64,000 nt of DNA from an uncultured Candidatus Rokubacteria bacterium (GTDB lineage Bacteria > Methylomirabilota > Methylomirabilia > Rokubacteriales > CSP1-6). The notes below the pieces were generated by a model. It did not search any database. It was given only the letters and a program-made list of their open reading frames with translations, and was not told where the DNA came from. A program made the position numbers and the translations under genes. Shown piece by piece: positions 9,608 to 18,419 of this stretch. Position 1 is the stretch's first letter; each line of letters begins with the position of its first letter. The stretch covers positions 128,001 to 192,000 of the forward strand of contig CAWBMV010000001.1 in NCBI GenBank assembly GCA_963789955.1, in the 5' to 3' direction.

Positions 9608-10120
9608 TCAGCGCGCGCGGTAGTCACGGTGCCAGAGGTTGAGGTAGTCGCGGGCGTTTTGGAGGATGTCTTCGAGCTCGGCGGCGTCCATTTTTCGGAT
9701 GGGCTTGGCCGGGACGCCCATGAAGAGCCAGCCGGCGGTCACGATCTTGCCCGGCGGGACCAGGGCGCCGGCGCCGACCTGCGCGCCCTCCTCGATGACG
9801 GCGCCGTCCAGGACGACCGCGCCGATGCCGATGCGCACATTGTTCATGACCCGGCAGCCGTGGACGACCGCGCGGTGGCCGATCGTGACGTTGTCGCCGA
9901 CGATGCACGGAAACTCGGGCCTGACGTGCAGCACCGAGTTGTCCTGCACGTTCGAGTTCCGACCGAGCGTGACATAGTTGTCCTGGTCGCCGCGCAGGAC
10001 CGCGAAGGGCCAGACCGAGGCGCCGGCGGCGATCGTGACGTCGCCGATGACGGCCGCCTGCGGATCGACGTACGCCTCGGGATCGATTCGTGGCGAGCGA
10101 CCGGGTACCGAGCGGATCAC
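9608..10120 (-). CDS. Gamma-carbonic anhydrase family (YrdA/PaaY-like) hexapeptide-repeat protein
   Basis: AVLRGD, NVQDNSVLH, TIGHRAVVHGC. Confidence 0.92.
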   Translation of the reverse strand: MIRSVPGRSPRIDPEAYVDPQAAVIGDVTIAAGASVWPFAVLRGDQDNYVTLGRNSNVQDNSVLHVRPEFPCIVGDNVTIGHRAVVHGCRVMNNVRIGIGAVVLDGAVIEEGAQVGAGALVPPGKIVTAGWLFMGVPAKPIRKMDAAELEDILQNARDYLNLWHRDYRAR

Positions 10121-10191
10121 GCGTGCCCTCCGGGAGTGGAAATAGCGCGAGTGGATTATACTGACGCGCGCACGGGAGGAGACCCAGCAAG

Positions 10192-11233
10192 ATGATCGCG
10201 CAGACCGCCGAGGTCCGTGAAGCCCACCGGTTCGACGTGGCCGCGCTCGAGCGCTACCTGCGCGCCCACGTCGACGGCTTCAGCGGGCCGATCGAGGTGC
10301 GCCAGTTCCGGGGCGGCCAGTCCAATCCGACGTATCACCTCGTCGGCCGGCGGCCGCGAGTACGTGCTGCGGCGGAAGCCGCCGGGCAAGCTCTTGCCCT
10401 CCGCGCATGCGGTCGACCGCGAATACCGGGTGATCACGGCGCTCGGCAAATCCGGGTTTCCCGTGCCGCGCACCTTTGTCCTGTGCGAGGACGATTCGGT
10501 TATCGGCACGGCGTTCTACGTGATGGACTGCGTGCACGGTCGGATCTTCACCGATCCGGCGATTCCCACCGTCACACCGCGCGAGCGCCGCGCCATCTAC
10601 GAGTCGCTGATCGACGTGCTGGCGCGTCTGCACACCGCCGACTGGCAGGCGCTCGGCCTCGCCGACTTCGGGCGGCCGGGTAACTATTTCGCGCGTCAGA
10701 TTCACCGCTGGACCCAGCAATACCGCGCGTCGGAGACCGAAAAGATCGAGTCGATGGAGCGACTCATCCCGTGGCTGCCGGAGCACATCCCCGCCGGTGA
10801 CGAGACCACGCTCGTCCACGGCGATTTCAGGCTCGGGAACACGATCATCCACCCGACCGAGCCGCGGGTCGTCGCCGTGCTCGACTGGGAGCTGTCGACC
10901 CTGGGCCACCCGCTCGCGGACCTCGCCTACTTCTGCCTGCCCTATCGGTTCACGCGCGAGTGGGAGGGGCTCGCCGACAAGGATCTGACGGAGCTCGGGC
11001 TCCCGAGCGAGGCCGAGTACGTCGCCGACTACTGCCGGCGCGCCGGGCGCGGCACCATCGGCGACTGGGAGTTCTCTCTCGCGTTCGCCATGTTCCGGCT
11101 GGCCGCGATCGCCCAGGGCATCATGGGACGTGTGGTCGCGGGGACCGCGAACGATCCGAATGCCCAGGAGCGCGGCCGGCGCGCACGCCCGCTCGCCGAC
11201 TCGGCCTGGGCGCTGATCTCCTCGCGCGCCTAG
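10192..11233 (+). CDS. APH-like phosphotransferase (ACAD10/11 kinase-like), frameshift near 10345
   Basis: QFRGGQSNPTY, VLRRKPPGKLLPSAHAVDREY, VHGDFRLGN, VLDWEL. Confidence 0.9.
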
Positions 11234-12357
11234 TAGTCGTAGAGGCGTTCGATGGTGAGGCCGCTTCTTCCCAGGTCGGCGACCACTCCGTTCAGGGATC
11301 TGACGGGCGCCTTCACCGCGATTCGCTGGGCGGCCGGATTCGTCAGGAGCGGTTCCGTCGCGAGAATCTCGCCGGTCTCGAGCCGAAAGTTCAGGGCGCT
11401 CGGCGCGATCACGGTCAGCAAGATTTCGTCGTTGCCGGCGATCTCGCGGAAACGTACGCCTTGCTTCACCAGCTCCGCGACGAGCGGCGTGAAGGCATCG
11501 CGGCGCGGCATGGCGATGACGTAGGACCGGTCGCCGAGCGCCTTGATCTTGCGGATCCGATGGTCGCTGAAGATGCGGTCGGGCACGTCGTCGACCCAGG
11601 CATAGATGACCAGATCCTCCGGCCGCTGAGCGTTCCGCGTGCCGAGCCGGACGATCTCCGCGTAGACCGCCATCAGCGCGTACTCCGCGCTCAGGGTGAA
11701 GCGCCGCTCCCACTTGCGGACGACGTCGAGGCCCCACAAGGGTGTTTCCTTCCACAGGGCTTCGAGACGCTCGGCGAACGGAAACTCGTACCAGGGCGCC
11801 GTGCGCACGAACTCGGCGTACTGGCCGGCGGTCTTGCGCGCGAACACGTCCTCCTCGGTGTGGTAGAAGCCGATGCTCTCGGTGACCACGCCGACCGTGT
11901 TCTCGTACGCGCCCTTGACGGTGTTGTCGAGCGTGAAGGCCAGACCGGTGAGCCCGAGGATCACGTGCGCGCGCGCGTCGAACGGGTAGATGCGCTTGGT
12001 CCCCCCGCACGAGCTCGCGTAGTACCGCCAGTACTGCCGGATCGCCGCGAAGTACGGAAACCGGCTCGGGGCGTGAGACGTGACGAACGTCGCGTACTCC
12101 TCGGCGTTGTACACGACGTACCACGCGGGCAAGGTGAGGAAGGTCGACGACCCGTTTCGGCGGTAGCCGGGCACGTCGACGGTGGCGCTGACGAGCTCGG
12201 GCGATCGCTCGCGCGGCTGGATGCGCACGCTGAAGCAGTGTTCGCCGATGAATCGGGCGGGGACCGCGACGGCGATCAGGCCGAGCACGGCCACCGTCGC
12301 AACCGCGAGCACGACGAACGTTCCGATGCGTCGCCGGGACCGACTCCGACGAGCCAC
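11230..12357 (-). CDS. Hypothetical protein with an N-terminal membrane anchor
   Basis: 375-aa ORF with normal composition, hydrophobic N-terminus and aromatic-rich motifs (TFLTLPAWYVVY, PWYEFPF); function not recognised. Confidence 0.65.
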   Translation of the reverse strand: MARRSRSRRRIGTFVVLAVATVAVLGLIAVAVPARFIGEHCFSVRIQPRERSPELVSATVDVPGYRRNGSSTFLTLPAWYVVYNAEEYATFVTSHAPSRFPYFAAIRQYWRYYASSCGGTKRIYPFDARAHVILGLTGLAFTLDNTVKGAYENTVGVVTESIGFYHTEEDVFARKTAGQYAEFVRTAPWYEFPFAERLEALWKETPLWGLDVVRKWERRFTLSAEYALMAVYAEIVRLGTRNAQRPEDLVIYAWVDDVPDRIFSDHRIRKIKALGDRSYVIAMPRRDAFTPLVAELVKQGVRFREIAGNDEILLTVIAPSALNFRLETGEILATEPLLTNPAAQRIAVKAPVRSLNGVVADLGRSGLTIERLYDY

Positions 12358-12408
12358 TACGGTAAGGTCTCGTCTCCTTCGAGGTTGGTGCTACCGGAGA
12401 GTCTTATA

Positions 12409-13015
12409 TCACGGCCGTGCGTCGGACGGCGGACCTTGTTGGGCCGACGCATGCGCGGTGACCACGTAGCGCAGCGGACCGCCGGCCACGAGCGCGTCGA
12501 ACGGATAGCAGGTCATCAGCACGAGCGCGGCTGACTCCGGGCTCCGTGCGGATCACGGCGGATCTCGAGTCGACGACCGAGAGCTCGTCCACTCGAAATC
12601 GCCCGCTCGGCCGCCCCGGCACGTCGACGAGGATCTCGTCGCCCCGCTGCAGCCGCTCGAGAAAACGAAAGTGCGTGTCGCGATGCGCCGTCACGATCGC
12701 GGTCCCCGGCTCGCCGGGCGCGGCACTCTGCGGCGCGTGGCCGGGACCGAACGCGAGGGTGCGGCCGCTCACGCCCGTGAGGACGATGAGGTCGACGCCG
12801 TGAGCCGGCACCCGCAGCCTCGCGACCGGCCACGTGTCGGCCCACGGCCACGGCTTGGAGGCCGGCTCGCCCCGGAGCGTGCGCGCCCACGCCCGCTGCA
12901 AGAGGTACTGCGCGAGCTGGGCCTTGGCGTGGATCCACGCGCCGTGGCCCAGCTCCCACGCGCCGAGCGCGGCGAGCAGGGCCACGGCGACGACGATGAT
13001 GCTGCGGCGGTTCAG
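12409..13015 (-). CDS. Class GN (proteobacterial-type) sortase, frameshift near 12535
   Basis: HAKAQLAQYLL..KPWPWADTWPVARL..LAFGPGH..TAHRDTHF, then in the next frame LVLMTCYPFDALVAGGPLRY (His/Cys/Arg triad); start codon uncertain. Confidence 0.9.
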
Positions 13016-15069
13016 ATCTTCCTCGGGTGCCGAGCGCGCCGAGCCGCGGCGGCGAGGACCGCCGCGAGCAGGCAGGCCACGAGGCCGAGCATGACGTGGA
13101 CGGGTGCGTCCGTCGCGCCCTGACCCAGACCGAAGACCGCGGTGTAGTCCCAGCCGTCGGGAAGATTCGTCTTCAGCGCGTGACTCTCGAGTGACTGGTC
13201 TCCCGGGCGGACCGGGGTGACGTCGACGGCGACGAGGCTCGTGTACGGGCTCACCAGGTGGTACGTCAGCGCGAGCTCCAGCACCGAGTGACGGATCTCG
13301 TCCTCGGACGTGCCGGTGCGGCGCCGGTCGAGGAGCGCCGCGATCTTTCCGCTCGCCCAGTACGAAGAAAGGCCGGCGCCCTCGCCGGTCGGGTGGAGCG
13401 TCAGCACGCGCTCCCACACCTCGACGCCGAGGCGACCGCGCAGCACGACCCGCGACGGTAACGCCGGCGCTCTCAGCGCGACGGTGATCGGCTCGCCGAG
13501 ATAGACATCGGGGATCCGCTCGGGCACGATCTCGGCCCCGGCCACGGGCTCGATCTCGACGTCGGTCAGCGCCGGCGCCTCGAGCTTCGCGAAGAGCGTG
13601 ACCATCTTCTCTTTGACCTCGTTGATGCTGCCGATATAGGTGAACGTGCCGCGCCCGACCCGCGCGGCCTCGCGCATGAAGTGGCTGTTGGGCGCCGAGC
13701 CGATGCCGATCGTGAAGAGCCGGCTGTCGCCGAGCCGCTCGTGGATGGCCGCGAAGAGCTGCTGCTCGTTGCCGACCGCGCCGTCGGTCAGGAAGATCAC
13801 CTGCCGCAGACGGCCTGGATGCTCGCGGCCGTCGAGGGCCTGCTGGAGCGCCGGCAGCATTTCGGTGCCGCCGTCGGCGTGAATCCGGCCGACGTAGCGG
13901 TTCGCCGTCGCCAGATTCGGTTGCGTCGCGGCCTGCGCCGCCGCGAACACCGCGTCCGTCGTGTGGTTGAACCGAATCACGTTGAAGGTGTCGCCGGGCT
14001 TCAGCCGCTCGAGCGCGAGCTTCAGGGCGGCCTTGGCCTGATCGATGGACGCGCCGGCCATCGAGCCTGAATTGTCGAGCACGAAGATCACCTCGCGCGG
14101 CAGGCGAAGCCCGTCGAGCGCGCCCGGCGCGGGCGGTGTCACCATGAGAAGGGCGAAGGTCTCCGCGCCTTTCCGCTCGGTGAAGAGCGTGGCGATCGGC
14201 GTGGCTTCGATCGACGGTTGCCAGACCAGCTCGAAGTCGCGATCCGCGGGCACCGTGCCCTGGGCGAGCTCGATCCGGTAGCGCCCGTCGGCCAGCGGCG
14301 TCGTGTGGACCGCGTGATACGAGGCCGTCAGCCGCGCGAGCGGTGTCCCCGGATCCAGCTCGACCGCGAGGCTGACGGGATTCAGCGGGCCCCGCGACGG
14401 GTGCTCGACCGGGGGCGTGATCCGCGAGGCGTCGGGCACCTGGACCGTATCGGACGACCAGCCGGTGCCGCCGGACGGTCCGGGCACCGGTGCGCCCGGG
14501 ATGTAGCGTGGACCCACCACCATCGGGAAGCGCAGACGGAACTGGCCCGAGTCGTATCGAACGGTCTGCTGGTACTCGATCTCGATCGTGATCGCGGCAC
14601 CGGGCGCGATGTTCGCGACCGACGTCGTGAAGATGTTGGGCCGCTCCTGCTCGACGAGGCTCGCGCGCCGGCCTTCGTGCTTCGCTTGCTCGTACTGCGC
14701 CTTGGCCGCCGCCCGCTCCTGAATCACGCCCTCGATCAACCGGTCGCCGACCTTCATGCGGAGATGGTCGACCGCGGCGTCCTCGGGCAACGGGAAGACG
14801 TAGATGCCCTCCGCCCACGCGGCGCTGGGGTTCGTGAACTCCTGACGAACGCTCGCCCGCGCGACGATGCCGGTCACGACGATGTTGACGTCGGTCTTGA
14901 GCGTCGGCGCCGGGACGGGCGTGCTCTGCTCGGCGCTTCGCCAGAACAGCGTGCCCTCGGTGACGCGGTCCGTACGTCCACGCGCGTCACCGGCGACCTC
15001 CGCCCTGGCGGCCGAAGCCGCCAGGACGAAGATCAGACTGACGAGGATCAGTCCTCGAACGCACCGCAT
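13012..15069 (-). CDS. VIT + VWA domain sortase target protein
   Basis: Signal peptide; VIT (EGIYVFPLPEDAAV, EQERPNIFTTSVANI); VWA MIDAS DNSGSM..GGT..FLTDG; C-terminal LGQGAT + TM helix + RRARHPRK tail. Confidence 0.9.
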   Translation of the reverse strand: MRCVRGLILVSLIFVLAASAARAEVAGDARGRTDRVTEGTLFWRSAEQSTPVPAPTLKTDVNIVVTGIVARASVRQEFTNPSAAWAEGIYVFPLPEDAAVDHLRMKVGDRLIEGVIQERAAAKAQYEQAKHEGRRASLVEQERPNIFTTSVANIAPGAAITIEIEYQQTVRYDSGQFRLRFPMVVGPRYIPGAPVPGPSGGTGWSSDTVQVPDASRITPPVEHPSRGPLNPVSLAVELDPGTPLARLTASYHAVHTTPLADGRYRIELAQGTVPADRDFELVWQPSIEATPIATLFTERKGAETFALLMVTPPAPGALDGLRLPREVIFVLDNSGSMAGASIDQAKAALKLALERLKPGDTFNVIRFNHTTDAVFAAAQAATQPNLATANRYVGRIHADGGTEMLPALQQALDGREHPGRLRQVIFLTDGAVGNEQQLFAAIHERLGDSRLFTIGIGSAPNSHFMREAARVGRGTFTYIGSINEVKEKMVTLFAKLEAPALTDVEIEPVAGAEIVPERIPDVYLGEPITVALRAPALPSRVVLRGRLGVEVWERVLTLHPTGEGAGLSSYWASGKIAALLDRRRTGTSEDEIRHSVLELALTYHLVSPYTSLVAVDVTPVRPGDQSLESHALKTNLPDGWDYTAVFGLGQGATDAPVHVMLGLVACLLAAVLAAAARRARHPRKI

Positions 15070-15077
15070 GGATCGGA

Positions 15078-15668
15078 CTACCGATCGCCGGCCGGCGAGG
15101 TGGACTCGGCCGGCACCGCGGCGGCGAGCTTGCGAAACTCGAGGTGCACCCGGCGGTTGATCTCCTGGCACTCCTTGCCAGGGTCGTCGCACAGCGACCC
15201 GTCCGGTCCCATCGTGACCATCTTGATCGCCGGCTCCGGGACGCCCAGGTCGACGAGGAAGCGCTTCACCACCTGAGCCCGACGCTGAGCCAGGCCGCGG
15301 TTGTACTCGGCCGGGCCCTGGTTATCGGTGTAGCCCTGGACCATCACGACCCACGAGTTGGTCAGGTCCATCCGTCCCGTCGTCTCCTGGAGCACGCGGG
15401 CCGCGTCGGCGCGAAGGCGCGTGCTCTTGAAGTCGAAGTAGACGTCGGCGTGGAAGACTCCCGCCGGCGGCGCGGGAATCACGGCACGAGGGCCCGTCGG
15501 CGCCGCGGCGCCCTTTCCCGTATCCGCGCCCGTGCCGGACGCCGCCTCGACCCCTTGCGAGTGAACCCAGTACGTTCCGATCGCTCCGGCGATCACCGTG
15601 AAGAGGATCCCGACGAGGATCACCAGCTCCTTCACACCACCGATCTCCTTCCGCTGCATCTCGCCCAT
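15078..15668 (-). CDS. OmpA-like peptidoglycan-binding protein with N-terminal TM anchor (PdsO-like position)
   Basis: VYFDFKS, VQGYTDNQGPAEYNRGLAQRRA, NRRV. Confidence 0.85.
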   Translation of the reverse strand: MGEMQRKEIGGVKELVILVGILFTVIAGAIGTYWVHSQGVEAASGTGADTGKGAAAPTGPRAVIPAPPAGVFHADVYFDFKSTRLRADAARVLQETTGRMDLTNSWVVMVQGYTDNQGPAEYNRGLAQRRAQVVKRFLVDLGVPEPAIKMVTMGPDGSLCDDPGKECQEINRRVHLEFRKLAAAVPAESTSPAGDR

Positions 15669-15760
15669 TGGCCCTGTCCCTTCTTTCTCGAGACGTCGTG
15701 CGTCTCGTTGGTCGGGTCGCTCGTGCCGCCTGTACGGCCGGCGCCCGGCTCGAGATGCAG

Positions 15761-15776
15761 AGCAACGCGCACGCCA
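15761..15776 (-). promoter_or_regulatory. Sigma54 (-24/-12) promoter for the OmpA-VIT/VWA-sortase genes
   Basis: Minus strand reads TGGCGTGCGCGTTGCT (GG-N10-GC), about 90 nt upstream of the OmpA start. Confidence 0.7.
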
Positions 15777-15863
15777 CGCCGGCCGTACGCGTTCGTGGTG
15801 CGGGAATGCAACGACTTCGAGAGACTTGGGCGTGCGAAGTGGCGGGCGGCCGATCGACGGGAC

Positions 15864-15886
15864 GCGGGGAATCCCCGCATCCCCGC
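15864..15886. promoter_or_regulatory. Candidate upstream activator sequence for the sigma54 activator
   Basis: Palindrome GCGGGGA-A-TCCCCGC with a tandem ATCCCCGC repeat, about 90-110 bp upstream of the -24 element. Confidence 0.4.
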
Positions 15887-15914
15887 ACGGCTCCCGCGCT
15901 GACCGGGCGAGCGG

Positions 15915-18419
15915 TCAGACCTTGGCGGTCGGCGAGCGGCGGTCGAGGTGCTGGCGGACGAGGAGCTCCAGCGAGCGGAAGTGGCGCTCGGGGAGGTTCT
16001 TGAAACGCTTCCGGCAGGCGGCGACGGCCTCGTCCGGCGAGCTGAAGCCTTCGACCACCCTCAGCAGGTGGTCGGAGTATTCGCGGAGCTTCAGCTCGAC
16101 CGTCCGGCCGAGCGCCGGGTCGCCCGCCAGGGCCAGGGCGGCCTTGCCGCGATCACCCTGCGCGTCGACCAGGGCCCGGAACCCGAGGCCCTTGAGCCGC
16201 TGGGTCACCGTGCTGCGATCCCAGCCGAGCGCGCGCGCGGTGGCCTGCATGTCGAAGCCGTGCTCGCGCAGGGAGGTCAGGACGGCCTCGTCGCCTCCGG
16301 AATCATCGTGGCTCTGCTCCCGGGCCGGAAGACGCAGGTCGGCGACCGTGAGGGCGGCGCCGTCGGCCAGAGCCAGCGCCTGGCGCAGACAGTTCTGGAG
16401 CTCACGGGCGTTGCCGGGCCAGTCGTTCCGCTCGAGCGCGGCGAGCGCGGCCTCGGACAGGGGCAGGGGCGGTCGTCCGACCTCGGCGGCGGCCTCGCGG
16501 ACGAAGCGCGCGGCCAGGAGCGAAACGTCCCGCGGCCGCTCGCGCAGCGGCGGCAGCCGCAAGACGAGCCCCTTCAGGCGGAAATAGAGATCCTCGCGGA
16601 ACCACCCCTCGGCGCTGCCTCGCTCGAGATCGCGATTGCTCGCGGCGACGATACGCACGTCGACGGTGGTCGGGCGGGTTCCGCCGACGCGATAGAAGCT
16701 CTTGTCCTGGAGCACCCGCAGGAGCTTGCTCTGGTGCTCCGCTCGGAGCTCGCCGACCTCGTCGAGGAAGATCGTTCCACGGTTGGCTTGCTCGAAGAGC
16801 CCTTTCCGGTCGGCGACCGCGCCCGTGAAGCTGCCGCGAACGTGGCCGAACATCTCGCTCTCGAAGAGCTCGGCGGGGATCGCGCCCATGTTGACCGCGA
16901 CGAACGGCGCCTCGGCGCGCGCGCTCAGCCGGTGGGCCGCCCGAGCGAACAGCTCCTTGCCGGTGCCCGGCTCGCCGGCGAGGAGGATCGGCAAGGCGGA
17001 GCGCGCGGCCTTCTCGAGGTCGCGGAAGAGCGCGAGCATCGCGGGATCGCGGGTGACGATGCCAAGTCGTTCGGCCTCGCGCTGCAGGCGCTCGAGCTCC
17101 GCGTCGCCGAGCGGCGCCTCGCCGACGTCGGCGGCGCTCGCCGCCCGCACGCGCTGCTCCAGCTCTTCGAGCCGGGCGCGTGTGCGCTCTTCCTGGTCGC
17201 GCGCGGCCGCGAGCTGCGCCCGCAACGCCGCCTCACCACCGCTCGATCGAGCCACCGCGGCTCGCGCCGCTTCCAGGTCTTCTTCGAGCGCCTCGACCGC
17301 CGACTCTTGACGCACGAGGCCCTCGCGGATCGCCGTGACTTCGCCCTCGAGATGGCGAACCCGGTAGGCCGAGCCGATCTGGGTCCAGACGAGCGCGCTC
17401 GCCGAGGCAACAGCCGTCGCGAGCAGCGGGATCGCTACCGGCAGGAGAAGGCCGATGATCGACGCCGCGAGTGCGACGCTCACGATGTAGCCGAGGGTCA
17501 GGACGGCGCCCGCGATCCCGGCCTTCCACCATCTGGCCGTCAGCCAGAGCCACGCCGCCAGGGCCGAGAGCAGGATGCTGCCGAGCACGGTCACCGGGAT
17601 TGGTGTTTCTCTCAGCCACGTGCCCGCCCGAGCCCTGTCGAACAGCCGCGCGTGAACGAGGGTCCGAGACATTCCAGCCCGGGGCTCGGCCAGGACGAGC
17701 ACGGTCCTGTCGGCGACCAGGCTCCGGAGCGCTTCCGGCTGGCGCTCTTCGATCGGAGACCAGATGTCGGCAAAGTTGACGACCTGGACGCGCGGTATTC
17801 GCGAGCCTCCCGTGGCCACCAGCACCTGTCCGTGTCGATCGACCGGGATTCGAGCGGTATCGACCTTCGTGAGCGCGGCGGCCAGCGCCAGGCCGTATGC
17901 GGGCACTCGTCGCTCGCCCACGCGGACGAACAGCGGCACTCGCCGAACGACGCCGTCGAGATCGGCGACGGTGAGCGTGTGCCCCACGCCGTTCGCGTGC
18001 TGCGCGAATGCCGGTAGCGATGCGGGGGCGGCGGGCTCGAGCGTGATCGCGAGCACGACGTTCTCCGCGTGCGCGATCGCCTGACTCAGGAGCACATCGC
18101 TCGCGGCGCCGCCGCGGCCCGGCGCGCTCGGCTGGTCGAGCGAGGCCTCCAGACCGATGACGGCGGCACCAGCCTGGGACAGCCCCGTGACGAGACGGGC
18201 GAGCACCGTTCGATCCCAGACGCCCTGGCCAAACCGGGATTCGCTCGCCGGGTCACGAACGACCACGATCGGCGGCTGGCCCGAGGGCTGCCGCACGGGA
18301 AGCCACTCGTAGACAGACCACTCGAACGCGGCGACCGCTGCGCCGTCGGACAGGGCCGCGCCGGCGGCGAGAGCGGTGGCTACCAGTGCGATCACCGCGG
18401 CCAGCGCCACGGTTCTCAT
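15915..18419 (-). CDS. Membrane-bound sigma54 enhancer-binding protein: CHASE2 - TM helices - coiled coil - AAA+ - HTH - C-terminal extension
   Basis: CHASE2 motifs (WDRTVLARLV..GAAVIGLE, DLDGVVRRVPL); GEPGTGKE, ESEMFGHVRGSFTGA, FLDEV, WPGNAREL; TARALGWDRSTV. Confidence 0.9.
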   Translation of the reverse strand: MRTVALAAVIALVATALAAGAALSDGAAVAAFEWSVYEWLPVRQPSGQPPIVVVRDPASESRFGQGVWDRTVLARLVTGLSQAGAAVIGLEASLDQPSAPGRGGAASDVLLSQAIAHAENVVLAITLEPAAPASLPAFAQHANGVGHTLTVADLDGVVRRVPLFVRVGERRVPAYGLALAAALTKVDTARIPVDRHGQVLVATGGSRIPRVQVVNFADIWSPIEERQPEALRSLVADRTVLVLAEPRAGMSRTLVHARLFDRARAGTWLRETPIPVTVLGSILLSALAAWLWLTARWWKAGIAGAVLTLGYIVSVALAASIIGLLLPVAIPLLATAVASASALVWTQIGSAYRVRHLEGEVTAIREGLVRQESAVEALEEDLEAARAAVARSSGGEAALRAQLAAARDQEERTRARLEELEQRVRAASAADVGEAPLGDAELERLQREAERLGIVTRDPAMLALFRDLEKAARSALPILLAGEPGTGKELFARAAHRLSARAEAPFVAVNMGAIPAELFESEMFGHVRGSFTGAVADRKGLFEQANRGTIFLDEVGELRAEHQSKLLRVLQDKSFYRVGGTRPTTVDVRIVAASNRDLERGSAEGWFREDLYFRLKGLVLRLPPLRERPRDVSLLAARFVREAAAEVGRPPLPLSEAALAALERNDWPGNARELQNCLRQALALADGAALTVADLRLPAREQSHDDSGGDEAVLTSLREHGFDMQATARALGWDRSTVTQRLKGLGFRALVDAQGDRGKAALALAGDPALGRTVELKLREYSDHLLRVVEGFSSPDEAVAACRKRFKNLPERHFRSLELLVRQHLDRRSPTAKV

